Position numbers and translations under genes: made by a program. This document shows positions 1-13,326 of a stretch of 60,000 nucleotides of DNA, piece after piece. The DNA lies in contig OZ076409.1 in NCBI GenBank assembly GCA_964187785.1, positions 30,258,001-30,318,000 of the forward strand, given 5' to 3'. The DNA is from Amphiscolops sp. MND2022 (taxonomy: Eukaryota). The number at the start of each line of letters is the position of its first letter. Positions within the stretch are counted from its first letter, which is position 1. The notes below the pieces were generated by a model. It ran no database searches, was not told where the DNA came from, and worked only from the letters and a program-made list of their open reading frames with translations.

Positions 1-289
1 GTGATTACAGATACAGTTTTCTGAGCTGAGCCTCGTTATCAGCCACTTGAAATTTTTAATTTGCTCTCATTTTTAGATTTGATGGACCCATTTTCGAAGT
101 AGAAAGCACATTCGATCATTTTCCTAATTAGACGTAATTTTTTAAAACTGCGTCAAAATTGTCTTTTTTTCACGGAATTGTCGGATTTGTCTAGATTGAA
201 ACAGAAAAAAACGATGCAAAACTTCAATTTCGATAAAATCTAGTTATCTCAAATTTTTCTAGCAGAAACAAAAAGATCACAAATGGACG

Positions 290-1470
290 TTTTTTACACT
301 TGCGATAAGCAAGTGTTATGGGAAAGTGCAGGTGCTTTTTTTCCGCGCGACAACTCATTTCACGCGGCAAGTCGCACATTTCACGCGCTCGTGGTCAAGT
401 GGTATGATGCTTGCTTTCCAAGCCAGAGGTTTCGTGTTCGAACCCGTGGGTGTGCGCTAATTTTTTTACAAGTATTTCGAAGCAGAAGATTCTCACTTTT
501 TTCGGCACTATGAGACTGTTCGGCTTTGTGAGACTTTTTTTCGAAAATTTTAAATGTCCCTAAAGAGTCCTCCGTTCATTTTTTTGATATTTTGCAACAG
601 ATCGAATGGTAGAAAATTCCAGAAGGGCCCCTTTTTTCAGAATTTTCGGCACTATGAGACTGTTCAAAATTCTCATTTTTTTTGCAAATTTTTTAAAGAC
701 TCCCTTATTTTTTTCCAAAAATTTTTAATGACAAAGGGTCCACCCTTCTCTTTGTTTGATATCTTGCAACAGAACGAATGTTAGAAAATCCCAAAGGGTC
801 CCTTTTTCCAGATTTTTCGTCACTATGAGACTGCCATTAAAATTTCTCATTCTTTGTTTTTTTCTCGAAAATTTTTTAAAGACTGCAAAGAGTCCCACTT
901 TATTTTTTTGAAATTTTGCAACAGAATGGATGTTAAAAAATCTCAAAGGGTCCCCTCTTTCACAGTTTCCGGCATTGTGAGATTTTTCAAAAGAAATAAT
1001 TTTCGTGTTAAATTTATGTTTTCTCAGGCCCAGCGCGCTATATCCGATTTTTGCTTTTTTGAAAAAAAGACCGGTGTTTTTTCTATGCGACTTTTTTTGA
1101 AATTTGTTTCACCGAAGCCCCTCCTCAATTTTTGCCAGAAACGAAACATTGCGAGAGTTAAGGACTCCTCAAGGTTTTCGGCACTATGTGACTTACCGGA
1201 GACCAAAAATATTTTCGAAAAATTTCGAAATTTTTTTCCTCATTTTTTTGTTTCAACGTTTTTCGGGGAGAAAGATGGGTTTTTTGCTGTTTTAAGTTGG
1301 GGAAGAATGGTTTTCGAGACTTATGCGTATCCCTTCGGGTATTTTTGGCGCTTTTAAATTGATGAAATTTTAATGTCTTTTTACCCTTGGTTCTCTCCGT
1401 CTGATATTTCTTATTTGGTTTTCTTCAAAAGTTTGCAAGTGTTTGGGAAGCACGGCTTTGCCTCTGTGTT
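290..1470 (+). mobile_element. Non-autonomous Helentron-associated (HINE/DINE-1-like) element, subfamily A
   Basis: 5' T-run then palindrome CACTTGC-gataa-GCAAGTG (~297-315); 3' inverted copy TGCAAGTGT (~1434-1442) followed by a GC-richer tail ending TGTT; internal repeated AAGGGTCCC/GGCACTATGAGACT motifs shared with the elements at 1831, 5640 and 27678. Confidence 0.55.
385..457 (+). pseudogene. tRNA-Gly(TCC)-like segment inside a repeat element
   Basis: GCGCTCGTGGTCAAGTGGTA (A-box-like), anticodon loop TTCCAAGC, GTTCGAACCC (B-box/T-loop); stems imperfect. Confidence 0.5.
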
Positions 1471-1830
1471 GCAAATACCCAACCTTTTTTTAGTCATTCA
1501 AGTCTAAAATTGCTTTGCCGACCATTCATACAGTACTGTGGCAGATAAATCATCGAAAAATGCTTTGGGAAAGCATGGGCTTGGAAGAAAATTTGGATGT
1601 TGAACGAAATTCTAGCGAAGGTTGAAATAAGCAATCGCTGAAACCAACTGTGAAATATTGCAAACTGCTATCCCAGTGTAAAAACTCTTGCAATTCTTGA
1701 CAACAATCATGGATAATTCTGGATTTCTTGGTAAGAATCTTGGCAAAATTCTTACAAAGAAATACACGAATTTGCAAGATCGTGCCAAGAAATTCAAGAG
1801 ATGAGCTGACAAAAGTGAATGAAAACAAAC

Positions 1831-2463
1831 AACAAGCCGGGACCGGTCCAAGTCGGCGCCATATCCAAGGCTCAAAAATAGCAAAAATACTTCCAAGTGT
1901 CAAGTATTTCCTTTTACAGTACTCGAAAATCGAAAATTTTTGGAAAGAATATTCGAAGAAAATAACACACTCAAAAAAATGGACCAAGTGGCGCGCTAAA
2001 GTCACAATGCCAAAAAACTGAAAGGGGGACCCTTTGAGGTTTTTCAACATCCATTCTGTCGCAAAACATGAAAAAATTGAAAAAAACAAGAAATTTTATT
2101 TCCGGGAAAAAATCTCACAATGCCGAAAAAAGCTGAAAGGGGGTACCCTTTGGGATTTATCAACATCCATTCTGTCGCAAAGCATCAAAAAAATGCAGGG
2201 GGACCCTTTGGGGAACTTTTTTTCCAGAAAAAGTCTCGCAGTGCCGAAAAAAATGAAAGGGGGACCCTTTGGTCTCGCCCGGTATGGTATGTTACGCGGA
2301 AAAACAGGAAAAACCTTTTTGGTTCAGTTCGCTAGGCAAAATAGTGCAACTTGGTGCAATAATATTTTGTAGAATTTTTGGGAACTATTTTGGTCAGTTC
2401 GTGTGGATAAAAAAAGAGTCACTATAATAGTCGCGTTTCACTTCATGAAGCGCCGACTAAAAA
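1831..2463 (-). mobile_element. HINE-like non-autonomous element, subfamily B
   Basis: On the minus strand begins TTTTAGTCGGCGC...CGCGACT and ends GGCGCCGACTTGGACCGGTCCCGGCTTGTT (subterminal inverted repeat plus GACCGGTC palindrome); same termini as the copies at 5640 and 27678. Confidence 0.65.
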
Positions 2464-3719
2464 CCGACGCCAACTGCAGCTTGATCAGCGTACCTATTAT
2501 GCCGCAGCTTCTCGCGCTACCAACTAAGCTATCACGTCCTGAAATTCACTACTTTCTGTTGTCCTATATTCAATACTTGAAAGAAGGATAATGTAGATGA
2601 TAGTGCAAACAACAGCAAAGTACTTGTAAACAAATTTGCTGTTTGTTTTACAACTTATTCTCTCTCTTGACACTCTTGATAAGACTCTTATCAAGTATAC
2701 TATCAAGAATTTCAGAGGTTTGTGTCAAGCAAGAATAAACAAGATCTTATCAAGACTTTCAAGAGTAAACGCGAATATGTAAGAATGTGCAAGATCTTGG
2801 CAAGAGTTAAAAGTTTCTAACTGGGATCTCTAATGATCATGAAAATATCGGTTTTTCAAATTGATAATTCAGAAAAATAATCGAAAACGCAATTCATAAA
2901 CTAAACATTTTTCACAGTCATTCTACACCCGAAGGTGCTTCTGCGTGCGCAATGGCATCAAAATTTTATGACTGGGATATGAGAAACAAGAGAAACAAGA
3001 AAAATCAAAAATTAGCTCAAAAATGGCCAAAAACAGCCTCTATTGGACTTTTCAAATTTCTCAAAAATTGTTCTCATGATTCGAACGAAATTTTCTACAG
3101 TCATTCCACACCAAATTAGGGTCCCATCTGTGGAATGGCATTAAACTCGGGTGACATATCTGGGAAACAGCCAAAATTATCCCAAAAATGAGCAAACGAC
3201 AATAAAGTAAGTAATTTGTTTTCCAATATTTTGAACTGTTTCCGACTCCTTTACCGCACATGCGGTTCTTGTTTTGAACATATTCGTCGGTAAAAAGTCA
3301 TAGGGAATATCAAGTTTGAAAAACGTTTTTTTCAACCCGAAAACTTCATGAAAGTGGACTGGGTACACTTGGCCAAATGAATATTTTTTGGGAATGAGTT
3401 TTTACGGTTTGAAAAAAATTTTGTGGACACTTTCGACACCATATAAGGTCTTAATATGTGCAATTTCATCGAAGTCGTATTACTGGGATTCGAGTGGTTC
3501 AAAAGGAAAACTACCTAAGCCGACAACTTTACCGCACATGGGGCTCTGGTTTCAATTCGCTGTTATTTGAAACCAAAATTGTCTATATTATTGGAAGGGT
3601 GCTCTGGCAATTTTTGCTCTTCATATCGACGTTGAGGTCATGAATAAAAAACTGCAAGAGTTTTGAGATTTATTGAACTGAAGGTCATTGATCAAACATT
3701 GTTTTTTGAGGAGTTTCAA

Positions 3720-4900
3720 AGCTGACAAGTGTAGATGATAGAACAGGACGACTTTATGAACAAATTCTTGCTGCCTCTGATTTTGAAGAGCAGAAATTTA
3801 AGGTATGACGGTTTCATCTAAGATTTCATTCACGACCCCCAACGGAGTTGATGGTTGTCTCAGTTCGTTCATATTTGAAAAATGGAAGTGATTATCTTGA
3901 GTTTTGTCTTCATCAATTTCAGTATTTAATGCGTTTTTTTTCTGCTGAGAAGTTTGTTTTCTGAATAAGAAGGTCCGGGCCTGTTGGTCTCGGCATCCTC
4001 TTCATTATTTGTTGAATTTTTGTTCCTCTTTGCACTTCAGTTGTTCTTCAGTCTGTGATATTTTAGTGTTGCCTGAGAAACAACTTCTATCTTCTTACTG
4101 ATTTGTGACGTTTCTTTTAATTCGCTGCCTAGGTTCCTGTCAAAGACGACGTTTTTAACATTCTCAGAATCAGATAACATTATTTGGAACTCTAAAACTT
4201 CCCATCAAACATAACTCCCCCTTTTTTTATCAAACCTCAACATAACGCAATCGTTCATCTTTAATAATTATTTTCCGGATGAGTTTTATTTTAAAAGTGA
4301 GAAAAGCTGATTCTAGGGGTCTCTTCCCAATTGATTTTGTTGGGTGTTATTTTGAGTAGCATGTTCATCAATTATATTCAAGTCACCCTAATGTCATGTT
4401 TCTAGGGTCCAAAGCTAAAAATAATCCATAGCATCACATCCCTAGGAGGTCTAAATATAGCGTTGTGGTAGCGACGGATTAACGCGGAATAATAGGTAAA
4501 TTATGCTGTTTGCTATTATAATTCCGCATATACAGATTTATGAAAACCGCAAAATTCAGTATAATCAACTTGCACTGTCACGTTGGTGTTCAATATGTTG
4601 TTTTCTAGTCTAAACGTCCTGCTGTTTCAGTGAAAATTCCGCATATGCTGTTTCAATCATAACACTGCTTATACTGTTTCATCAACAATACAACATATGC
4701 AGTTTTCACAATAATACCGCATATGCTGTTTTATACAAACCGCATAAAACAGTATAAACTACACGCACAAAATACGTACAAATTCATCATGCTGCTTTTC
4801 AAGCGCTTTCTGGATAATTATTGTATTCCGTCCTGCTACTTCAAGGAAATTAAGAGTAATATGCACTATCACCTAATGAATTTGGGTGCTCAAAACAATG
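3720..4900 (-). mobile_element. Degenerate LTR relic (second family) with the gag N-terminus inside the LTR
   Basis: Reverse complement of ~3900-4460 aligns by eye with ~8080-8830 (e.g. TTTGACAGGAACCTAGGCAGCGAATT vs TTTGACAGGAACTTAGGTAGCGAACT); shares CCGCAT/AACAGCAT motifs; boundaries approximate. Confidence 0.55.
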
Positions 4901-4902
4901 AT

Positions 4903-5444
4903 TTAACATTCTGATTCTGGTACCACCGCAGAGAAAACATTCCTATTACTTGGTATTGTCGGGTGTTTTGCCGTAGGTCGTATTACTGGAAGCGTCCTGA
5001 GAATCGGGAGAGTCTTTGAACAGGACGTCTGAAAATTTCCGTCCGCGTGTTCTACATTTGCAAAATTTGTTCCGATGAAAGGATCATTGTCATCATCAGA
5101 TGATCTCATGAAGGTTAGAGACGAAATTATCGAAATGTTGTCCATGAGGTCCATTAAATCGGTCTCGATGATTGACCCCCTGGTGTCGGTATGTTGCTCT
5201 CCGGTTGTCCTTGACTAGTCATTATGAGATAATAAAGAGCTTCTCCTGCCCCCAAGAAGGCTGTTGTCATATCAGATAGTGGAAACTGGGCTGCTCTAAA
5301 TCTGTCACCCAGTTCTGACAGTGTAGAGGGTTCCGCGGCAAACTCCTTGCCTGAGCGGCTGAATATGTTGATTAGATCCAGGATGGAGCTTGTCTTTATC
5401 GGCTCATTTAAGTTGGTAGATGCACTCAAGTGTGTATTAGCCAT
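4903..5444 (-). CDS. Two abutting short ORFs (96 aa, 83 aa) upstream of the LTR relic; possible accessory ORFs
   Basis: ATG-started ORFs whose stop and start overlap (TAATG at 5154); GC-richer than flanks; position analogous to the pre-3'LTR ORF at 24482. Confidence 0.3.
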
Positions 5445-5639
5445 CTTTAGCCGCTGTATTCTTCGTCAACTTTTGAAGTTTTGATGAAAAATTCAAAGTT
5501 TCAAACAACTTGGTTTAAACTGAACTGAATTGAAACCGTCATTTTTTAGAACTTTTAGACCGTAATGGTGAGGTTATCTTTCTTTATAAGGTTTTGCGTT
5601 TTCTTTTAATTTGCATCAAAACAAATCTTGAATCACCCG

Positions 5640-6178
5640 TTTTTAGTCGGCGCTTTTCGAAGAAAAACGCAGACTATAGTAGTGACTTTTTTTCAAGACC
5701 AACGAACTGACAGATTTTTTAAAGAGTTATAAAAAGCTGAGCTGACTTACAGTAACTGCACTAACAGTAACCGCAACGCTAGCTATCACTGCTGGCACTT
5801 GGCATAGAGGTTAATTAAGCTTTTTGAGGTCTGCCAAGCAGAAGGACGTGGGTTCGAGTCCCGTCCTTGATCAAATTTTTTTGTGCAGGTTTTTTTCGGC
5901 TTTGTGAGACTTTTTTCGCAAATTTTTTTAATGTCTCCAAAGGGTCCACCCTTCTTTTTTTTCTATTTTGGATAAGAATGGATGTTCAAAACCTCCCAAA
6001 GGGCCCCTTTTACAATTATTTGGCACTATGCAACTTACCAGAGACTTTTTTTAAATTCGGATTTTTTAAAATTTTTCCTCACGCGGGTACTGTAGAAGAG
6101 AATACTTGACACTTTGAAGTCCTTTTGCTATTTTTGAACCTTAGATATGGCGCCGACTTGGGCCGTTCCCGGCTTGTT
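5640..6178 (+). mobile_element. HINE-like non-autonomous element, subfamily B, with tRNA-like segment
   Basis: TTTTAGTCGGCGC start; GGCGCCGACTTGGGCCGTTCCCGGCTTGTT end; CTGCCAAGCAG...GGGTTCGAGTCCC at ~5830-5865. Confidence 0.65.
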
Positions 6179-7599
6179 CCGGTTTCTTGAGTGATTTATC
6201 AGACGTTTTAAGGGAGGTAGCACCACTGAAACTATTAATTCCATATAAACAATCATCAGATTCGAGAAATTTATTTTCAATTACTTTTATGTTCCGATTT
6301 TCACCTTTTCCGTGTTTCATCAGACTAGTTCTTATTGACTAGTTCAAATATTCCACGAGTACATTCAGGTTTATAGAGTGAGAGTTTTCACACTTCATCG
6401 TATTACTCATTCATCCGTTATTCATCAACGTATAATAGATAAAACAGCAGTGTTAGTAGTGATATGCACAATATGCTGTTCACTGAAAAAATCCCACCGC
6501 ATCATAATTTCATTCATCAACAAAATTGAAACTTTATTATGTTCTTTATTGTCCACCACGTAATGATATTATGCAGTATCAACGATTTTACAGAACAACG
6601 TGTTATGTGATTGTGCTGTTTTACTGCAATTTCCGCATATTATCACTCATACTGTCTTTCACGCTCATACTGTTTTGTTCAATATTTGCATAGACTAACT
6701 TTGCCTACATGTGAAAAGCACATACACAGCTTAGTCATACTGGCAGATATTTTCAAATTTTGCGCATCGTATTAGCCAATCAGAATTGACATGTACCACA
6801 AACTTTCTAAACTGACGTCAATTATTTGCTTTATTGCGTTATTCTGATCGCCACGCCTTCAATCGTTCATCTTTTGTTTTGTGGTTTTTTGAAGTTTTCC
6901 GTTAACAGCAGTTTTTACAGTCGCTCATTTTCATCTTCCATTACCATCTTCTATTCTGTTCCAAAGATTAGATTCTTTGTTTCAACTTTTCCGTCGTTGT
7001 CATCATCCAGCCGCTTCCAACCCATTTTGTTCGAATATTGTCTTTTGATCATCGATCATACCAATTGCTTTTCTTTATCCCAAATTGCACTTCGTTTTTA
7101 GATTTGCTGAACACTTTTCTCATCTTCCAATCCTTTGCACTCCACTGCATTCGTATTGTATTTTTGAAGAAGGACGATTGTGTGGGCACGATGAATTGCC
7201 CATGTCGCCGGGCTTCCCCTGCGAGATGTCCGGTGTGCAGCACCGATGATCAGTTCAACTTGCTCCTTCCTACCGCCTGAGACCCGAAGATCCGAATCAA
7301 ATCATCATCAGTGTACAGACTTCAAAAACATTTAAAGTTACCTAAACTGAGATAATTGTTTTGAATGTTTGTTCTTGTTGCTATTTTCTTAGCATTCGTT
7401 TGTGTTATAGTTTTCGTTAATGTTGAATTGGACGCCTTGTTGCCTCCACTGATTTAATTTAAACAGCGGTTTGACCGTTGGCAAATCCAAAGAAAAAGAA
7501 AAAACTTTGATCAAATAAATTAGCCTCTAGTGACAATGTTACTAGTTGTCTCAAGCCGAGCCTTTATTTTTACTCCCACTTTACCTCATAAGAGTGTAC

Positions 7600-8973
7600 T
7601 GTAGTTCGATATAGCTTTCAAAATGATAGAGCATTTGTAGCAAGACTATGTAGGAAGCTTTCATGATTAGCATGATGAATTGCCCATGAAACAGCATACT
7701 GTGCTCATACTTCTTTTCATTGACAGTTTATACTGCTTTATGCAGTTCTTACTAAGCCACATATGCGGCTTTTGCAAGAAAACAGTATGATGACTACATA
7801 CGTGCGGATAGTTATGCTACTTACCGCGTTATGCGGAAGTATTGTAAAAACATCATGACGATTACATCCGTGTGTACGTTTATACTCCTCACCGCATTAT
7901 GCGGAAATACCTCAAAACAGCATGATGTTTAATTCATAATTAACATAATGAACAGCAGTAGAACAGCACCGATAAATTAACCTGCATCATGCGGTTTCCA
8001 TAAAACAGTATAAATGCGGATATTCTGACGGAACGTCATAATCCGCATTTTACTTCTACAGTAATTTGCTGATGTAGCAGCACTATATTTAGACCTTCTA
8101 GGGATATGACGCTATGAATTATTTTTAATCCCTGACCCTAGAAACATGACGTTATGATGATTTGTATAAAATTGATTGTCATGCTACTAAAAATACCACC
8201 CAATAGAATCATTCGAAGAGAGTCCCTAAGAAATCAATTTTCCCCACAATCATTCGAAAAAATCTCACGCAGAACACAGTCACTCAATTTCACAAACTAC
8301 CCACAGTTCTCAAACTTTGCAGTTTTCTTTCTTTGTAGAGATAACTTCCACGATTTCATTTCACCAAAATATCTTTGTAATTCAAAGATTTCTACACTCA
8401 ACACTGTTTTCATCATGGGAAATAAAAGAAATAGACGTTCAAGAAGGATAGAAACTCAGTCATCAGACAGAGAAGAGAATACTTCAGAAACAAGCTTCAC
8501 TCAAGGTAATGCGACTTTAGTTGATGTTTCTGGAAATGTTAATAACATTTTTGACAGGAACTTAGGTAGCGAACTAACAGAACCTTCACAAATCAGCAAT
8601 GAAATAGAAGTAATATCTCAGAGATTATTTGAACAAAATAGTAACAAGATGACACAAATTGAACAGCAACTGAATAGTAAATTCGAAGAGATACTTAGAG
8701 AAATTAGAACAAATAAAGAAAGCAATTTGGCAAACGATGAAGAAGATGCCGAGAACAATAGGCCAGGTCCGTCAAACTCGAAAAATAGAAGTCTCAGGAG
8801 CAATCACGCATCAAATACAACACTAGACAGAGACAAAAATCAGGATGATCGGTTTAGCCCTTCTGAAATGAGTGAATTAAGACAACCGTACACACCACTC
8901 GGAGTTGCTAATGAGACACTAGATGAAACCATCATTATAAATGAAAACCGACAGGAAAATGCCGATCATCACA
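7600..8973 (+). mobile_element. LTR relic (solo or 3' LTR) of the second Gypsy family ending in a gag N-terminal segment
   Basis: ORF from ATG 8415 (MGNKRNRRSRR...QKFEE-like coiled coil EQQLNSKFEEILREI...PGPSN) has the same basic/PS-rich/coiled-coil style as the in-LTR gag start at 13327; composition changes abruptly after ...CATCACA at 8973, a CA-type LTR end; left boundary uncertain. Confidence 0.5.
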
Positions 8974-11900
8974 GCCCACACAAGGTCCGTTATTTTAAAT
9001 GTTTCCCCTTTGTTAAGGGAAATAATTATTCAGTACTCGGGTTCATCATTGCTTTGGTAGAGTCTTTCTAAACTTCCTGTTCTAAGCAAAGAGCAAGTTT
9101 TCAGTTTTTTAGTCAGCTCTACTCAGGTTAATTTCCGGATTTTCTGACACAAGTGGTGAACAAAATTGTTTGAGTTAACTCCAGTGTTGAAAGTGAGAAT
9201 TGATCAGGTTCCCACAAATTTGGTCAACTTACGTTTATGACTATTTCCATTTTTGAGCTGCCTTGCGTTTTAGCTCCTCTTGAATTCCACATCTCAGCCT
9301 CTTTTCAAATCTCTTCTACCGATGGTTTAACACCTTCGACTCCATTTACTGATCTCCTGCATCACTCTACTCCTGAACGACTTGCAAGATCCTTCCTTGC
9401 AAGAAGATTTGGAGCAATTTGATTCTGACGGGATCGAGCATTCTTTTGAGAAGAGCAACCTCACAGTCAACCAGACCGTACTATCTCCAATTAGAAAGGC
9501 TGATCTTCGAGCATCGCAGGAAAGAGTCCAGGCCACTGTTGATGATAATCCTGAGACCATCGCAAAGCCAGTGCCGCATGCAGCTAATGATACGGGTGAC
9601 GTCAGGGGACGTTCCTCTCAATTTTGAATTGGTGGATCCAACATCTGGGAGAGCTGGACTCTCACCGTTTTCTATATTTCTTGATCGGAGCCAACAAATT
9701 GGTGCGTTACCACAACAAACTGACAATCCTGGAACTGCAGAATTTCACACTACTCATTCTCTTCCTTCCCAAGATTACGTAACTTCTTCCGATTTAGTTG
9801 CTCTAGAACAACGATTATTGACTCTGGTCACAAATGGATGTCAGTGCTACCATTGGGTCCAGATTGTTAGAGCATATCTCAACTTCCACCAACGTTAACA
9901 TTTCATCCAATGTTATTCAAGAAACAAAATCTCCGTGGTTTGAGACTCCAACAACGAATATTCCTTCTGTTTCATTTACTTGACGACCAATACCTTCACC
10001 TGCAAAAAGCGCTGCGAACGAGTTCAATCCCGCATTCGAGATTCCAACTTTGAACATGCCACTTCACCGGAGCAACCTGGTACTTCTAAAAGGTCCAAAA
10101 CCTGACTGCAATTAGGCTTGCGAATGATCAAGAAACACCCCGTCTTAAAATTCTCTGTTAAGGTCCGCCGAGGGTTCTGAGGGCAAACCTCACCCGTGGA
10201 GGTGTCGAGTTTGTCATATGGAACTTTCTTTAGAGACAAAAGGGTCTTTAGAGATATTGTCTCATTACCGGACAGAATCACATTTGACTCGAGAGCATCG
10301 GATCCGTATGGAGACTCACCGCTTACCCTATTCGGGAAAAACGACCAGGAATTGGTTGGTGTCGCGCTCGATGAAGCCCGTAAGAAGGCTGACCTGGAGT
10401 ACCCCATAGCACCAATATTGGGGGAAAGTCATGTCCTATCTGGACAGAGAGAGTTACTTGTGGCGGTAGATGACTTGACCCATCCTCTATAGTTCGCTCT
10501 CAAATCCGAATTTTACTAGCTGGACTGCAACATGGTGGTATTTTAAAGGTACTTTCTTCTCTCTGGAGCAACCTCAGTCTAGACGTCTGCGGACCCGCAA
10601 GAGTTCCTCTGTTCAATTGGGGTCATGAACGTATATTTGAAGGTACCAACTATAATATTTGTTATTTTCATAAATATGGACCTGTTAATATTCTTGATAT
10701 TTTGGACAGGAGATATTGGTTGACATGTTTCGCGAGCTCTTTACTTATTCTGTTTCGTCTAACGCCCAGTCTGGTCATTATTCCTTGCAACATCGTGCAA
10801 CCTCTGGTTCCTTGCAGGTCATCCTAGCATTCTGGGCAGGAAGTGTACACCCTTGCTTCTGTCTGGGGGAGTTCATGGACAGTGTTATAACTGCAAAAAA
10901 GCCCTCCAAGTCATCTTCTCTTACATTGCTATTTTCCCGAAAGTTCTTACTTTTTCTTCTGGGTTCCGATGATCTTAGTACCAAGTTATTGACGTCAGAG
11001 CTGGAACAGATTCTTTCAATTTCTGTCATCCCTACCATCCTTTTTGAAGAATTGGACAAGTAAGTATAAGTTTCCTAGATACCATTTTGTCAATCTATTT
11101 TCCTTTGTTTCCTGCATCGCAATTTCAAACAATGAAGGTGTACATTCTGATGCTGATTTTTGCCTCTATGCTGATTCTTGAAAACCACATTGTCACAGTC
11201 CGCTCCCGGACTGGATTGCGGATGCAGGAGAGTTGGCTTTGGGCGTGGACATGGGTGCACCGCAAGACTCACGAAGAGGTATTTTGGCTATTAACTCGAA
11301 CTCTAACTAAATTTAAATAAACTGTGACTTGAAATGCAATAATACTTTTGCCTAGCAAAAATTCCAAATAAAACTAGTGAACGCGTTCTAGATTTTTCAT
11401 GCTCTCGCAAAATTGAATAAAATAGTACCGGAAATGTAAAATACACATTTACCGCGCGCAAATTTGAGCGGAAATGAAATAAGGAAGCAAAATAATCCAA
11501 AAATGATTTCACGCATGTTTGGCTGGACGAGCCAGCCACGACAAATGAAACATTCACAACCTGAAAATTAGAATAAAACTATCCCAAGAATAAAGAGACC
11601 ATAAGCTAATCTAAACGAAAATACATCAAAACTAATCCCGAGAAAATACATTTCATTCGGACCTAAAACAGGAAATTACAGTGAGACAACACACCGTGGT
11701 GATTAAGCCTTTTCTGAGAAAGACAGCTTAATTACTCTTTGAACAGCAATTAAAGTGATTTAGGACGTCAATACTGCGCTGAGTAAACAAAGCGGCAAAG
11801 GAAACAAGAATACATGTATATTTGTCGTTAGTAGGACGCAGACAAGTTTGAAGGCATACCAATTGACGTCACTGCCTCGCATATGCATACCAGAAAATCA

Positions 11901-12042
11901 TTCCAATTATCCGCCTATACTAATAGCATTGCTAGAAATCATTCCAATTTACCGTCACTGTGACGTCACTGCTCCGGCAGCTAGCGAGAGATTCATTTCT
12001 AAAATACTCGTCAGCATTGCGTCAAACTAGTCAAAATCTCTA

Positions 12043-12190
12043 TTCTGCCAAGAAAACTCGTCAACATGACGTTGACAAGTTCATGAAGCTTAAATTCTGC
12101 CAAGAAAACTCGTCAACATGACGTTGACAAGTTCATGAAGCTTAAATTCTGCCAAGAAAACTCGTCAACATGACTTTGACAAGTTTATGA
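12043..12190 (+). repeat. 52-bp tandem repeat (~3 copies) in LTR U3 containing palindrome GTCAAC-ATGAC-GTTGAC
   Basis: Unit TTCTGCCAAGAAAACTCGTCAACATGACGTTGACAAGTTCATGAAGCTTAAA at 12043, 12095, 12147; repeated in the 3' LTR at ~25962-26110. Confidence 0.9.
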
Positions 12191-13174
12191 AATTGAATAA
12201 AGTGAACGAATTTGCCGAATTTAGTCAAGTTTTCATCGCGCAAATGCCGTTATTTCCTAAGGAGAGAAAATTGCAGACTGTTGCAAATTGTATAACGAAT
12301 ACATTGTTGATTTTCCATGGTTTAAGGTCCCATTTTAGAATGAGTATTGACACATGTAGGATAATTTCAACCTCACGTTAAGTAACGATCATGTATCCTT
12401 AACAATAAAGAAATTTACGTGCATAAATCATCTTATTACAAGATTTCGCAGTAGATTAATGAGGAAGTCACAGTTTATTCTCTCCAACTAAAAAGCATAT
12501 TGTGTACCAGAAATGTATTTTTCATATATTTTGCATTTTTGTACTCTACAACATTGAACGTTGTGCTTGTGAGTGTGATCATGTTTTTCTATATTAGTAC
12601 ATCCGTTGCTGTCTAGTTATTTACGTTGTGTTGGTGTTGTTATTTAACAAACGTTGTTGTTAATTTTGTAAATTTTGTCGTGTTTGACACGACATGACAA
12701 GGTTGCTAACAAAGTATTATTTTCATATCATGATTTCATTCCCATCTCTAGCAAAAGATTGAATCCAAATTCATAAAATATCGTCCCAGCATCGTTCAAA
12801 TATTCCTATTTTGGAATTAGTCATAGCATTTTTATCAAAGCGAAATTCAAAATCAAGTATTTGTTGTTCACGTCAGCGTCATCTCAGCGTCAATTTCCCG
12901 CGAACCAAAGCAGTAAAACAGGGAAGCATTTCCGGTTTGACAGACTGAAGTAATATCTACTTCCTGCTTGGTAGGAAGCAAAAGGACGCCGGGATGAAAT
13001 GATATGATCATGTTTGATGACTAATACTATTTTAAAGTTGCCGTGTCTTAAAAATCGACGAAATGTCAGCGCGAATTTGGGAACTTCGTGATTTTTTCAT
13101 CGATAAAACAGGAAATGACTAATTGTTCGAAGGAAATTAGGGATTATGGTCGTGATCAAATGATGCTGGGAGGG

Positions 13175-13213
13175 TATAAATATGATAGGATTTGATGATT
13201 AAGGGACTCAGTC
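13175..13213 (+). promoter_or_regulatory. LTR core promoter: TATA box and Inr
   Basis: TATAAA at 13175-13180 and TCAGTC at 13208-13213, ~30 bp apart; gag ATG ~115 nt downstream. Confidence 0.6.
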
Positions 13214-13326
13214 TTTTGCAATTGTACAATTCAGTTGAATTTTCAATTTCACTCTCGCCTTGTTCTACTTTGTCAGAAAAATCTTTGAAAGAAATTCAAT
13301 TCTTCAAGTTCAAACTTTTCTACAAA

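Noticed and set aside
385..457. Functional tRNA-Gly gene
   Set aside because: Stems are mismatched and it is embedded in a repeat element
283..2591. Many Phe/Lys-rich short ORFs
   Set aside because: Artefacts of A/T runs in non-autonomous repeats
12043..12190. Palindromic repeats resembling a CRISPR array
   Set aside because: Units are contiguous and identical with no unique spacers, lie inside an LTR, and no cas genes are present
13192..13326. ORF-track gag start at 13192
   Set aside because: Lies upstream of the likely transcription start (~13210); ATG 13327 fits better
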